Shown in pieces: positions 12,332 to 27,123 of a stretch of DNA of 64,000 nucleotides. Both the position numbers and the translations under genes were made by a program. The DNA comes from Octopus vulgaris. Its lineage: Eukaryota. The stretch is taken from assembly GCA_951406725.2 (NCBI GenBank), contig OX597829.1, forward strand, positions 16,926,001-16,990,000, in the 5' to 3' direction. Each line of letters starts with the position of its first letter. Within the stretch, counting starts at the first letter, position 1. The notes below the pieces were generated by a model that made no database searches, had not been told where the DNA came from, and saw only the letters and a program-made list of their open reading frames with translations.

Positions 12332-12745
12332 GCGATAATGATTTAGAATAGAGAAAGCAAACTGTACAGTAGGAAAAATCGGCGGCCCAGCGGATGCGAA
12401 CATGAAGCGGAAGATCAGGGGAAAAGAGAATACCTACGCTGAACTATTGTGAAATCTGCAGTTACTCTATCCGGATTACAAGTTCAGCTTTATACCTGTA
12501 ATTATTGGAGCACTGGAATATGTAACACAGTGCCTAAATAACAATCTCGAGAAATTAGGCTTCTTAAAACCAGAAAAGTGAAAGCTAATTCGAAGATTAC
12601 AGATCCAATCCATCATTGGAACAGTAAAAATATGTAGAAACTTTGCAGAAGTTTATCATTTAAATATATATGAGCATGCTTAGATATGCAGCTATATGGA
12701 TGAGAATATATACACACATATAAAAGAACATGCAAATCTGTACAT
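12332..12745 (+). mobile_element. RLE-type non-LTR retrotransposon 3' end, degenerate
   Basis: Translates to ...PADANMKRKI..EKENTYAELL*NLQLLYPDYKFSFIPVIIGAL...RLQIQSIIGTVKIC; runs into (CATA)n. Confidence 0.7.
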
Positions 12746-13102
12746 ACACGCATATATGCATACATACATAAATACATACAAACATTCATACATAAATACA
12801 TACATGAATACATATATACATACATACATACATACAAACATAAATACATACAGACATACATACATACATGCATACATACATACATACATACATGCATACA
12901 TGCATGCATGCATACATACATACATACACACACACATGCATACATACATACATACATACATACATTCATACATACACACATAAATACATACATACATACA
13001 TACATACATACATACATTCATACATACATACATACATACATACATACATACATACATACATACATACATACATACATACATTCATACATACATGCATACA
13101 TA
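12746..13102. repeat. (CATA)n microsatellite
   Basis: Direct observation. Confidence 0.95.
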
Positions 13103-13413
13103 CGCTTTGTTGCATTCTCAGTCCGTACCCTACTCAAATATATATCTCAGAAGTAAATATCTCTGAATTAGAACAGATTACTTGTACAAAGAATATATGA
13201 AAAAAATCAATATATGAATAAAGTCTTTATATTGCGCAGTCGTGGCTGTGTCCCTAAAAAGCTAGCTTCATAACCCCGTGGTTTCCGTTACAGTCCCAGT
13301 GCGCAGCAACTTAAACAACTGTCTTCTGTTATAATATAACCGCGATGGTTTGTGAATGAATTTGGTAAACAAAACTGCGTGGAAGCGCATTGTATATTTT
13401 ATATATATGTGTG

Positions 13414-13552
<139 letters not shown>

Positions 13553-13730
13553 GGGAGTATGGCTCCAAACTTACAGGGAAAAATTAGATTTAGGATTAAA
13601 TCAAATTTCACAGTATAAATATATAAAATATATAAAATAGGAATTAGAGAAAAAACCACAATTAGGCAACTCAAATTGGTTTATGTCTATCACTGTTTGA
13701 GTTGCCTAATAGTGGTTTTATCACTAATTC
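13553..13730 (+). repeat. Family F repeat with ~35-bp inverted arms
   Basis: gaattagagaaaaaaccacaattaggcaactcaaa (13641-13675) / tttgagttgcctaatagtggttttatcactaattc (13696-13730). Confidence 0.65.
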
Positions 13731-14149
13731 ATATTATATATATATATATATATAACATTCAAACACTGAGATTTTAAATCAGATGTCACTACTATTCATA
13801 TCATCTGTGGATAAATTTTTAAATTGATGATATCACCAGCAGTGACATAGGTGGATCGCAGGCACAATAGCATTAAATAGCAACGAATTATAAATTTGCA
13901 CAAAGCGTAAGGATGCTTAACAAGCATCTACCTGCTAGAAATAAGAGCTAAAGTCTGTAAGTTTATCCACCGTACCGTACCAAGATTACAGAGAAAAACA
14001 GTATGCGAGGAAAGCAGAAAGGATTAAAACATTTAACAGCACAAATAAAAATATTATGCAATTAGGAATATCCCCAAACCAGGTTTCGGCTTTTGGGTTT
14101 AAATATGTATATGTACACACACACACACACACACACAGACACAGACACA

Positions 14150-14265
<116 letters not shown>

Positions 14266-14904
14266 TAAAGGGTGAAATATAATTAATTTACTAAAATCAA
14301 TAAATTTCACCTATTTCGGTATGGAAAAGGACCATATTCGGTAAAAATTTATATAATTATAATAATAAGGGATTTTTGCAACAAGTTGCTTAAACCACAT
14401 ACAGAAAATATTAGAAATAGCAGCCAAATATATATAGTATATGTGCACGTGTGTTTCCGGACGTCCGTTCCTTGTTAGTATTAAGCTTAAATCGAACGTA
14501 TAACGATGGGGATACAATTTATTCGATAATCCCTTCAAAGCAGTCTTCTAGGATATCAGCAGTCTGATGACTGAAACAAGAATAAGAATTTTCTTAAAAT
14601 ATCAAAACCCGAATTGCAACGTCTTCTAAAACGCAAATATGCTAGAAATAGGAGTCAAAGTGCTGGGCTTGAATATCTCAGGAAAACCCTTGGAAAGAAA
14701 CATTCGGCACGCGTATCTTTCTCGTTAATTAGAAAATATGCGAATTGGCAGAATCGTTAGCACGCCAGGCGAAATTCTTCGTGGCATTTCGTTCGTTCAA
14801 ATTCCGCCGAGATCAATTTTACTTTTCATCGTTTCGGGGGTGATAAAATATCGATAATAATATCGAAAGCAAACTTGTGCAATCCAAAAACGGGAGATGG
14901 CTAC

Positions 14905-15210
14905 TGAATATCTGAGGAACAAATGAGATACCAAAGTCGATATTCTCTCAAAATGCAAGTCCCAGGTGTCAATTATATCACTCATATGTCGCAGACAAAA
15001 CATAGGTAACTAGAAGCTCATCAAAAATATCAACAAGGTACTACTTCTCTCTATAACATGATGGTATTGCTAAATCAACAGACAATACCATTCACATAAA
15101 AGAAACCACCTGGGATTACTATAAACACCATCAACATACATACCAACGTAAGGAATATTGGTGGAGATTCCCATCAGAATTTCTACCAAATACAACTACA
15201 ATAGATTCCA
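14905..15210 (+). mobile_element. RLE non-LTR relic (region between CCHC and RLE)
   Basis: Remnants RYYFSL*HDGIAK and KEYWW resemble the RHD...YWW segment upstream of the RLE. Confidence 0.45.
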
Positions 15211-15223
15211 TAGAACTTTCTTT

Positions 15224-15645
15224 GAATCTTTTCGGTTTGAACGGCAGTTTTTTTCTAGCGGTGTCATATGAAATTGTCACCCATAATTATAACCCTAGTA
15301 TCAATCTATTGCATTTCAATCTGTTTTAGGGTTAGGGCTGGTTAGGGTTAGGGGTGGGGGGAAGGGTATCTTTTTTTGTAAATAAAACCCAATCTGTTTT
15401 TGAAACGAGGGACATATTCATACGGCACAGAATTTTTTTACCTCAATGGACGTCATTGATTGGTTGAAATTGTAGAAATTGAAGAAAAAAACAACAAATA
15501 TTTACAAACTATAGAATTTTCTCAATAAAGCCAAGAGAAAAAGATGTTTTATAAACACAGTCTATCAGTATACGAAGTTTAGTATACTATGTTTAGTTAC
15601 GTGGAAATTATTTTTAAAAAACTGCCGTTCAAACCGAAAAGATCC
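15224..15645. mobile_element. MITE with ~30-bp TIRs and 8-bp TSD (Merlin- or hAT-like)
   Basis: gaatcttttcggtttgaacggcagtttttt / aaaaaactgccgttcaaaccgaaaagatcc; TSD ctttcttt at 15216-15223 and 15646-15653. Confidence 0.88.
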
Positions 15646-15967
15646 CTTTCTTTGGTGGGGTTAGAAAAGAAGAGTTGCATATAGTCATAGTGATTAGCAA
15701 CCCTACGGATATTAACATTTCAACCAAAGTCAGGGGATAGGGAGAAAATCCATAGAGAACTAATTCAAAACCTGAAGCTCTTCTACCTTGATTATAAATT
15801 TACATTTATATCAATAATCATTCAATAATCATCGATACACTTGGTTATATTAGTTAATTTTTTTTGGCCCCGCGATTAAAGATATATCAAAATAGTTCGT
15901 TTTAAAAATGAAGCAATGCATGGTAAGAGAGTCCCATATATATATATATATATATATATGTACATCT

Positions 15968-16003
<36 letters not shown>

Positions 16004-16058
16004 GTATGTGTATGTATATATATATATATGTATGCATATATATATACATGTATATATG

Positions 16059-16120
<62 letters not shown>

Positions 16121-16137
16121 TGTAAGTATTTATTTGT

Positions 16138-16325
16138 CTGTGTGTCTGTGGTTGTCCTTCACCATCGCTTGACATCGATGTTGCTGTGTTTAGTCTCCGT
16201 AACTTAGCGGTTCGGTTTTGGAAACGAGACCGATAGAATAAGTACTAGGCTGGGATCGACATGTCCGACTAAAGGTCGTACGCCGTATAGCTGCAATCAA
16301 ATGGTTGAAAGAACCAAAAGGATAA
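16138..16325 (+). mobile_element. SINE family B, 3' half
   Basis: catcgcttgac...cgtaacttagcggttcgg...gatagaataagtactaggc. Confidence 0.75.
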
Positions 16326-16342
16326 AATAATAAAGGAGTATA

Positions 16343-17290
16343 CAACGTGTCCCGGAAAGTTTTGTCCATGTTTAAAACACTTCCTAAAGTATATTGGTTG
16401 AGGTAATCCTATCTACGTTTTACATAAAGATTTGTACATGTCTTTTGTTCATATGTCTATTGTTTCGTTCGTCTATAACAGGTCTGTAAACAAACATGGC
16501 GTCGAAAGCAAGACGCGACGAGCTTGCCGCTTTGAAAGCAGCTGAAGTGAGCAACAAGGACATAAGAAAATAGTTGAATGTGTGCCGTAAAACAGTGTTC
16601 AATACATGGAAGATCTTCACCAGAAGATCTTCTACTATGGAGGTAGTTACCAACAGGCTGAATGGCAGGCTTTGTGCTCGAAGGTAGCAGGAGTTATTTC
16701 TGTCGCCAGAAGCCAGCTTCTCTCATAGTGTAGGACGCAGTTGCATCTGATGGGTCAAAGTCTCTCCTGATCTTCATTAATCCTGGCGTCAAGGTCAACA
16801 GTGAAATTTATGTGGAAATGTTGGATGTGAAAGTGTTACCCTCGGTTCAGAACTTTTGGTGACCGTTACATCTTCACTGAAAAATGGGCTCCGGCCCACT
16901 CATCCAATTTGACACAGCGCATTTCAGCGGTTTTTGGAACGATATGGCCTTCCTCAAGTCCTGACATCAACCCCATGGATTTTGCTATCTGGTTCACTTT
17001 TGAGAGTAATTTTCTTTGTTCGCTCCTATTCAAATGTAACAAATCTGAAGAAATCCCTTCCGTCTTCTTGGATCAAGTTGGATGAAGAGGTGGTTAGGCG
17101 CTCATGCAACTCAGTGACCACTCATTTGCAGATTATAACCAAGGCAAAGGGCGGGTACTTTGAAGTATAATTACTGCAATGGATTGAAAGTTTACATTAG
17201 AACGTGGATGTCAAATTTCATATCTTACCTTAAGTTTATTTTGAATAATTAAGATTTATTAATGTGGGTAAATCTTTCTGGGATAACGTG
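16343..17290 (+). mobile_element. Tc1/mariner (maT/DD37D-like) transposon, internally deleted and decayed
   Basis: N-terminal MASKARRDELAALKAA..LNVCRKTVFN; catalytic remnants GVKVNSEIY, APAHSS, WPSSSPDINPMDFAIW; degenerate TIRs caacgtgtcccggaaag / ctttctgggataacgtg. Confidence 0.8.
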
Positions 17291-17293
17291 TGA

Positions 17294-17326
<33 letters not shown>

Positions 17327-17389
17327 CATATACTCACATATACATATCTGTATATGTGTGCATGTGTGCACACATGCAGTTATGTGCGT

Positions 17390-17449
<60 letters not shown>

Positions 17450-17574
17450 AAATATATACATATATATTCGAACATACAACCATATATGCACACACGTACA
17501 GCCCTCGCCCCCGCCCTATGTCTATATGTATATATATATGTGTGTGTGTGTGTATGTGTGTGTGTGTATGTATA

Positions 17575-17625
<51 letters not shown>

Positions 17626-17747
17626 TTACAGCAACCTGCTTTGAAAGGAGCATAGACGACACCACGCCTATTCTGTCTTTTCTTAAAATATAATGCCTTT
17701 ATGTCAAGCCAAAAATAAAGCTGAAATACTTCCACTAGGTTTAAGGG

Positions 17748-17838
<91 letters not shown>

Positions 17839-18238
17839 TAATAAAAAGGAAAGCTGGGATAACCAAAAAAAAAATTAAATTTACCAAAAAAGTGTAAAAA
17901 TGGCAAGTAGTGGGGTGGCGACTGTCACTTTTATCATAAAATCTTGGTAAATATGCGAGACACACACCATTAAAAAAACAACAAAAAAATTCTTTATCTA
18001 CATAACACAGAAGTGATAAAATTCAAGCTCTTAGCTGTTAAGTTGCAAAACCGAAAATTCTGCAGCAAAATAAAATTAGTTTTATCACAAATAGACCACA
18101 CCACATGGTTAACCTGTGTTACGGGTATGTGATTATCAGGGGTAAAAACTAACGAAACGTGTCGAAATATTTCATTCCTAAGTACACAAACTTCGTAAAG
18201 AAACAATTCGATTATAGCATACCTACTTGTTTGTTGTT

Positions 18239-18600
<362 letters not shown>

Positions 18601-19049
18601 TCAGCAGCAATTGTTGTTCTTCTTTAACCCCCAGTTTAGTTCTGATCAAGCTGGCCTATGATCAAAGACATTCCATCCGTGAGAATCTATCTCGGAATAC
18701 GTTAATCAAATGTAAAAAGAATCAGACAAAAAAAGAAGAAAAAAAATCCTCTGGAGCAGTGAACTTTTCTTTCTCTTTTTTTTTTTTTTTTTTTGCTGAG
18801 TGAGTCTTGATTTGAAGTGGGTTTAAGTAAAAACTAACGGCTTCTCATTTAGGAACAGGGCTGAGAATTTTCTTGGGGACGAAACCTACTCGAAATCCCT
18901 GACCCTTGTAAATGACTGGCACCTGGTTTTAATCGATTCTTGATGGAAGAATGTTAAATTTGAACTCGGTGGAATTTGAAGTCAGAACAAACATTGCAAA
19001 GCGTTTCCTTTTTTTCTTTTTTCTTATCGTCAGCCTTGTAAGGTTATAT

Positions 19050-19640
19050 AATGATTTCAAATTCTAGTACAAGGCCAGCATTATATTTTTTTTTTTTTTT
19101 TGCGGGGGAATGTTTCGTCAATTTCATCAACCCGACTGTACATCTGGTACTTATTTTATCGATCCCGAAATGATGAAAGGCAAAGTGTACATACATCGAT
19201 GGGATTTGCATTCGGATCATAAAACCGGACGAAATGACGCTAAGCATTTTACCTGTCGTACTAACGATTCCACTAGATGGCAGCCGTAACATGGATTTCA
19301 AATTTTAGCATAAAGGCTGATGAAAGGCTAAAAGCTACCTCGCCCAAATTTGAACTCGGAACGTAAAGACCGGACAAAATGATGCTAAGAATTCAGCCCG
19401 GTATGCAGACTATTCCACTAGATCGCTACCTTAACACATTAGCCACACGAACAACCGCGTTACTTCCTCAGTTAACGTACATCGAAACCTTTAAATTTTT
19501 AGTTCAAATTCTGCCCTGGAAGACTTTGCATTTCATCGTTTTGGGGGTCGATAAAATAAGTACCAGTCAAACATTGGAGTTGATGTAATCGACTTAACCA
19601 TTTCCCGAAATTGGTAACTTTGTGCCAAAATTTGAAACCA
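19050..19640. mobile_element. Cluster of old SINE family A-related fragments on both strands
   Basis: ctggtacttattttatcgat, gacgaaatgacgctaagcattt (-); ggggtcgataaaataagtaccagt (+). Confidence 0.6.
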
Positions 19641-19962
19641 ATGTACATAGAAACAATAGAGGTAGGTACTTTGGTGCTGCACCCATATATATATATATAT
19701 AATAATTATTTGAGGGAATATTATTCTTAACTTACAGGGAAAAATTCAATTTAGAAATACTAAATCAAATTTCACAAAAAATAATATATATACATATAAG
19801 AATTAGAAAAAAACCACCTTTTATCAATTCAAAAAAATTAAATTACACCAGCTCGGAAATTACATATAATAGAAATATTAAATATATAATAACAATAATA
19901 TACCGAGGACTAAATAAATTCCAAAATAATAATAAAAACGTATATATTTGGTATATATATAT

Positions 19963-20356
19963 TCTTTTATTTGCTTACTTGTTTCAATCATTTGACTGGG
20001 GCCATGCTGGAGCAACGCCTTGAAGGGTTTTGGTCCAACAAATTGACTTCCAGGACTTATTATTTATAAGCCTAGTACTTATTCTATCTTTTCTTGTCGA
20101 ACTGCTAGGTTATGGTGACGTAAGCACACCAACATTGGTTGTGAAGTGGGATGAGGGGAACAAATACAGACACAAGCATATACACACATACACACACACA
20201 CACATAAATATATACGACTGGCTTCCCTCAGTTTCCGTTTACCAAATCCAGTCATAAGGGTTTGCTCAGCCCAAATTTACTTGCCCAAGGTGCTATGCAG
20301 TGGCACTGAACCTGGAACCATGTGGTTGTGAAGTAAGCTTCTTACCACACAGCCAA
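19963..20356 (-). mobile_element. SINE family B, near full length
   Basis: Reverse complement aligns along 57461-57868. Confidence 0.85.
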
Positions 20357-20366
20357 CCCTGAATAA

Positions 20367-20401
<35 letters not shown>

Positions 20402-21047
20402 CTTGCATTAAATCAATCTGTATAATATGAGAACCATACGGTGCTTGCTTGAATTGCTATAAATTGCAGCCAAAAGTCCCTCGATTCATACGCATTAGTT
20501 GTACCGACGTTTTCAGAACAAGATATCACAATGGTACCCAAGCCCAAACTTCGTAGTTACTGGCCGCATTTCTAAACTATACAGCGAAGCCGGTATGTGG
20601 TATGAAATCACATAAAAAAAAAAAAAACCCAGCTTTCATCTCAAATCTACAAGATCGTAGCGAATTCACTTGGCTACTGCTTAACTAAAACCTTAATCCG
20701 ATCTTAATAGGGCTTATGCTCTCAGGGAACGACGCATTCATCTCTCTGTCGCCGGATCTCTGTCTAGGAGTTCTTTCTAAACAACACAAACAACTTATAT
20801 CCTTAAGAAACAGCAATGCGTTTCACTTTCCTTCTTTAGCAATTCAGTAGGGCGGTGGTTGCATGTTTATAAAGTATTCAGGTCGGTTGGAACAAAAGGA
20901 ATATATTTGCTCAAAAGAACAAAATGCAACTTTATGTATTGTAGACGATATATTTACTCCAGAAAGATTCAAATCTTTATGAAAGGGATTGAGTAGCAAA
21001 ATTATATAAGATATACCATCTCCTAGACCAAATAATAAACTAAAGAC

Positions 21048-21603
<556 letters not shown>

Positions 21604-22303
21604 TTTCTTTAACTTGGCACCGGGGCGAAGGATGAGGTGGGGGCATTACAAAGAGAGAGAGAGACATAAAATGTGGGGGGGGGGGGGGTTACATGCAATC
21701 TTATAGTTATCAAATTAGCGGAATGGTGGTGAGAAAATGAGACTGTAGAAACGAAAAGTATTTTCTTTATGCTTAAATACATTTTACGAAACCAGGCATC
21801 TATGTGCAAACAATAGTCATTTCATTTTAAAAAAGAAAAACATTTGCTTTGTAATATAAATAATAATTTCATTCTTTAAGCCTCAGACAACTTTATTGTC
21901 AGATGTGTTATTACAGTCTGTCCGTCTGCGTGTCTGTTTGAGTGTCTGTCTGTGTATCCGCCTGTCTATGCATGTATGCATGTACGTACGTACGTATGTA
22001 CGTATGTATGTATGTATGTATGTATGTATGTATGTATGTATGTATGCATGTATGCATGTACGTACGTATGTATGTATGTATGTATGTATGTAGCATGTAT
22101 GTATGTATGTATGCATGAAAGCATGTATGCATGTAGTATGTATGTATGTTTATATGTATGTATGTAGTATGTATGTATGTATGCATGTTTATATGTATGC
22201 ATGTATGTTTATATGTATGTTTATATGTATGTATGTGTGTATGTATGTATGTATGTATGTATGTATGTATGTATGTATGTATGTATGTATGTATGTATGT
22301 ATG

Positions 22304-22381
22304 CAGGCGTGGCTGTGTAGTAAGAAACTTGCTTCCCTACCACATGGTTCCGGGTTCAGTCTCACTGCGTATCACCTTGGA
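22304..22381 (+). mobile_element. SINE family B head
   Basis: gcaggcgtggctgtgtagtaagaa...ggttccgggttcagtc. Confidence 0.7.
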
Positions 22382-22657
22382 TCTACTCTGAATATGCTTT
22401 CTTAAGTAGGAGAAAGAAACTGAAAGAGAGTACTTCCCATGCTTTTATGATGTCAGAGCAGTCTGGGGCTTTTTGAGCAGGGTTTACCCCGAATTATCCT
22501 AAGTGGACTTCCTTGCTATTGAGGTTTCTATTAATTAATAAATTAATTAATTTTTATATAATATTTATAAAGCCTTTAATGTTGTAGTGTCTACCTTTCA
22601 TGGATACAAATTTCTACCTGTCTTCTGGGTTGTATCTCGTGCTTTGGTATTGTCCAA

Positions 22658-22885
22658 AAGCGGCGAGCTGGCAGAAACGTTAAGCGCGCCGGGCAAAATG
22701 CTTAGCGGTATTTCGTCTGCAGCTACGTTCTGAGTTCAAATTCCGCCGAGGTCGACTTTGCCTTTCATCCTTTCGGGGTCGATTAAATAAGTGCCAGTTA
22801 CGCACTGGGGTCGATATAATCGACTTAATCCGTTTGTCTGTCCTTGTTTGTCCTCTCTGTGTTTAGCCCCTTGTGGCCAATAAAC
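22658..22885 (+). mobile_element. SINE family A, full length
   Basis: tRNA-like head gcggcgagctggcagaaacgtt...gagttcaaattcc (B box); many copies in window. Confidence 0.9.
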
Positions 22886-23338
22886 GAAATCATTATTATT
22901 ATCATTGTTATAATTTTTGTTATTATTGTTGTTGTTGTTGTTGTCGTCGTTTACATTATTGCTGTTTTGCTCTATACGGGCTATTTCAAATCTCACCCGG
23001 AGATTGCAAATAACAACAAGTTATGAGTATTAATTATTATTAGCAATGATATATTGTAAGGGGAGGAATCCTTGCAATATATAAATTTAAGAAAGATTCT
23101 TTTAAATTTGTAATATTTCAGTTTTAAGAGCGTTTTAAGAGAATCCGGTAGACAATGTTTTTCGTAGGATGGTGACAGTACCCAGAAGATCATCAATATT
23201 ATAGTAGTAGTTGCTGTTGTTGTTGTTGTTCTCTTATATATATCTAACGTGCTCATTTTGTTGCTAGAGGTTTCCTTAATGTACAAGCTGTTCAAATCCC
23301 GTGATCTAAGATCTGCCAGTTTATTTTATTTTCTATAG

Positions 23339-23914
23339 CAGTACTCCGCAACTGGTATCCCCCAGCACACTGCTGTGCGACAATGAGACGATTCTAGGTG
23401 TGCCGCAGTGTAACCTGAATATAATATTTTTCCCTACACTTTTAATTATATTTTTAGTTCAGACTAGCAGTATCGCCCGGCGTTGCTCGGGTTTGTAAGG
23501 GAAATAACTATATAAGAATTTTTAGAGAGTTATAGCCAAAAAATAGCAAAAAAATGCATTAAAAATTATGGTAATTTTTTTTTAAATCGTGGACTCATCG
23601 TAGACATTTTTAGAGAGTTACTTCCCTTATATAATAGCGAAAAAATGCATTAAAATGGAAAATAATGATGGTAAATTTTTTAAAACATCGTAGACTCATC
23701 GTAGACGCGCGCTAATACCCAGAAGGGCTCGATATGAATCACGACTATAAGATACCCGGTTTTGGTTAAACTGCACCGCAAAATATGGGAGTAGTTAGGA
23801 ATCTAAATCGTAGGAGACAGACACACAACTTGACTTTTATATATAAAGATGTGCCGTCGAATTTTGAAAAGAATATAAGCGTATCGCAAGAGAAAAAAAG
23901 GTTGCGGAGCACTG
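23339..23914. mobile_element. hAT MITE containing a nested Helitron
   Basis: TIRs cagtactccgcaact / ggttgcggagcactg; perfect 8-bp TSD ttctatag (23331-23338, 23915-23922). Confidence 0.88.
23464..23849 (-). mobile_element. Non-autonomous Helitron, complete
   Basis: Minus strand 5' TC (tctttatatataaaag), 3' hairpin cccgagcaacgccggg then CTAG, A|T target; second copy at 49384-49710. Confidence 0.85.
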
Positions 23915-23922
23915 TTCTATAG

Positions 23923-24360
23923 TAATATCTGATCTTCTTACTTCAATAATATAGTTGGTCATCTTCGGGAGGTCCCATAAAACCCTGTAATTCCCATTGT
24001 CTGTCACAATCTCTAGTTCATGTTCAAACACTCAGCTAACGCCCTAGTGCATTCTTTCACCTATACAGTCATGCTTGTACTTATACTCTTTTTAGCTTAC
24101 CGCGTTCACTCAAGAAATGATTGATGCTTTCGTACCCTTACCTTCAAATTTTGCGTTTGCTGCCTGACTAAGTTTTGTCGATCTTTGCCTTTATCAGATT
24201 CGTTGAAACCTCTTCCCTATGAGCGGCAAACAATTCACGTTTCGGTCTATCAGCCAGAGCCAGCGTTGTTTACTTCTTTCTGACATTCTCGGATTGCTGC
24301 ATAAATTGACCATGTAATCCCCACCCTCTTTTTCCATCTTCTCGATATGATGCTCTTTTT
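23923..24360 (-). mobile_element. Old R4/Dong-like LINE relic
   Basis: GNYRVLWD...IIEVRRSDIT resembles the ILWD...RPDI RLE motif. Confidence 0.6.
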
Positions 24361-24488
24361 TTCTCTTTTTGAATCCGCTAATTGTCTATAATTTTACTAC
24401 CATCATCGTCGTTGCAGTCGTCGTTTTCGCCGTCGTCGTTAATGTAAATCCGTTGTGGTCAATAAAGAAATCATCATCATCATCATCA

Positions 24489-24562
<74 letters not shown>

Positions 24563-24593
24563 GTTGTTGCTATTATTACTATTATTATTATTA

Positions 24594-24721
<128 letters not shown>

Positions 24722-24809
24722 GTTATTATTTTTTTTTCTCTAGTTTCAGCTCAGAGCTGCGGCCATGCTGATGCATCGCCATTATAATTATTATTACTTT
24801 TTTTTTCTT

Positions 24810-26404
24810 CTTCTTTCAAATTTGCTTCCATTTCTTTCCGAGCGTCTTCCCGACTCCTAGGGCAAAGAAACTCATAGTATACATTGGTAGGCCATTAAAC
24901 CAAACTCAATAGTTCGTTCATTTTTTTTTTTTAAGGTTAGATTAAAATACATGGGCAGTAACAGCTCTCACAGCGACAATGCTTTTCTCAATACGTGTGA
25001 TGTACCAGTTAAGACAATCTTTTGCACTTCTTGCAGGGATGGTAAGCCAGGGATCATTCTCATATAATTTTCGGTTCCCTTCTTGATCATTCCTAGTGCT
25101 CCTACGATCACTGGTATTGTAACCGCCTTGAGATGCCACATTTTCTCAATTTCAATGAGCAGGTCTTTATATTTTCTGAGCTTCTCAAACTCTTTCGCCG
25201 AGATATTATGATCACAGGGGATGCTCATGTCGATCAATAAGCAAACATTATTGTTTTTGTCTTTCACAACAATATCTGGTTTATTGGCTTTGATGGTTCG
25301 GTCTGTATGTACTGGAAAGTCCCACAGAGTCGTTACATTTTCTCCTTCAGTTACAGCTTTAGGGTGGTGATTATACCACTTGTCGGCAGTTTTGATATTG
25401 TAATGCCGACTTATTAGCCAGTGTAGATATTGGCCAACTCTGTCATGTCTTAATTTATACTCCACTGGTGCTACGACTTTACATCCAGAGATTAGATGGT
25501 CCACTGTTTCAATCATGTCATTGCAGAATCGGCATTTTGGGTTTGCTCCATTTTTCATCACATTGGCCTGGTAGTTCCGGGTTAATAGGCTTTGATCTTG
25601 AGCAGCCAGGATGAAACCATCGCTCTCTGCTTTTAGCCCTGAGCTCCGTAGCTACTGATGGGTTTGCTTCTGGTCAACATCAGCTTTTTTTGCTGCGGGC
25701 CACATATTTGCCGTGCAGAGGTTTCTCCTCTCACCTATCAGCCAATTGCTCGTGCGCTTTTTTCGTTGCATTATTTTCACCTTCTTTGCAACAATAGTTG
25801 CCGTACATCCCTCGGGTTGTTCAGTTTGGGTATCCTGCACGAGATCAATAGCAAATTTTTTGCTTTCCTTTATGATAGAATGAAGCTTCTTTCCTCTCTC
25901 GTGATTTTCCACGAGCTTTAGCATCTAGTCATTCGTTATTTCGAGATATTTGGCCAGTTCAATTGTGGTTGTTTTGTAAGCTAGTTCAAATTGGATCAGA
26001 CCTCGACCTCCTTGGGCTCTGGGAAGGTAAAGGCGATCTACGTCTGCCTTTGGGTGGTGCATCCTATTACAACTCAGCAGCTTGCGTATTTTCCTGTCTA
26101 TATTCTTTACTTCACTCATATTCCCAGTTCAACACATTGTAGCTATAAGTAACAACTGGAACTGCTAAGGAATTTATAGCTAACACCTTGTTACGTGCAT
26201 TTAGTTCAGATTTCAGGACTGCACGAACTCTCCTATAACATTCCTTCCTGATCTTCTCTTTCATGCTTGCATGCTGAATACCAGAGCCTTCATTTATCCC
26301 TAAATATTTGTATGTTTGCTCAAGCTCTCTTATGACTGTGTCAACATCTAACACGACTGAATTTGTGATCTTCACTTTCCCTTTCTGGACAGTGGCCTTG
26401 GCAC
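24810..26404 (-). mobile_element. R4/Dong-clade non-LTR retrotransposon, 5'-truncated and frameshifted
   Basis: YKYLG, LAVPV..YS, MHHPKADVDRLYL, CRFC..ETVDHLISGC (CCHC), RHDRV, NKPDIVV..IDMSIP (RLE), LQEVQK; (ATT)n on both sides. Confidence 0.92.
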
Positions 26405-26471
26405 TATTATTATTATTATTATTATTATTATTATCATTATTGTTATTATTATTATTGTTATTGTTATTGTT

Positions 26472-26549
<78 letters not shown>

Positions 26550-26551
<2 letters not shown>

Positions 26552-27003
26552 GTGAGAAAGCAGCGCATGCTGTCAAACTGACACTGGGGTAAAATATACA
26601 AAGCCCAGTATACCCATCATGACTACCCGTCTGATAAAGGCACTCCAGGCACATGCATCACAACCATATGTGTGTGACATAGCGATCTCATATCAAGATC
26701 CACGGCGCATAACCTTGCAGGTGGGGCCCGGTTAGAATTTTCTTCAGGTCGAGTAGCCCATCTCACTCAAAACGTCCCTGAATAAGGTTTGTTTAAGAAT
26801 GGTGAACGAAACACCCATATTGACATGAATTATTCTTCTCAACACATGGCTATGATGCTCCCCCACTACACCTGCTCGTGATCAGAGATGCACATATCAT
26901 CAGCCACTAAGAGACATGCTCAACTGGTTAAGGTCAAACAACTGACAAGCAAATCTGTGGTATTGAGCAGAATATTTGCTGTAGCCTATATTTTATACCA
27001 AGA
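26550..27003 (-). repeat. Probable non-autonomous retroelement ending in (TAA)n
   Basis: Non-coding block of moderate GC content abutting (ATT)n like the Dong 3' ends; single copy in window. Confidence 0.4.
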
Positions 27004-27123
27004 TATTTTCTTTCATATTTTTTCATTGGGGAGTTGCTTTTTTTCAAATTGTGCATACATTTTTTTGGGTGGTGGGTAGACAGTAAAGACACACTTGCAT
27101 GTTATCAGTTTTCTTTTAAAAGG

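Noticed and set aside
14560-14580. ctgatgactgaaac as a hammerhead core
   Set aside because: Variant of the SINE B tail (cagtcaaatgactgaaacaag); no room for stem II
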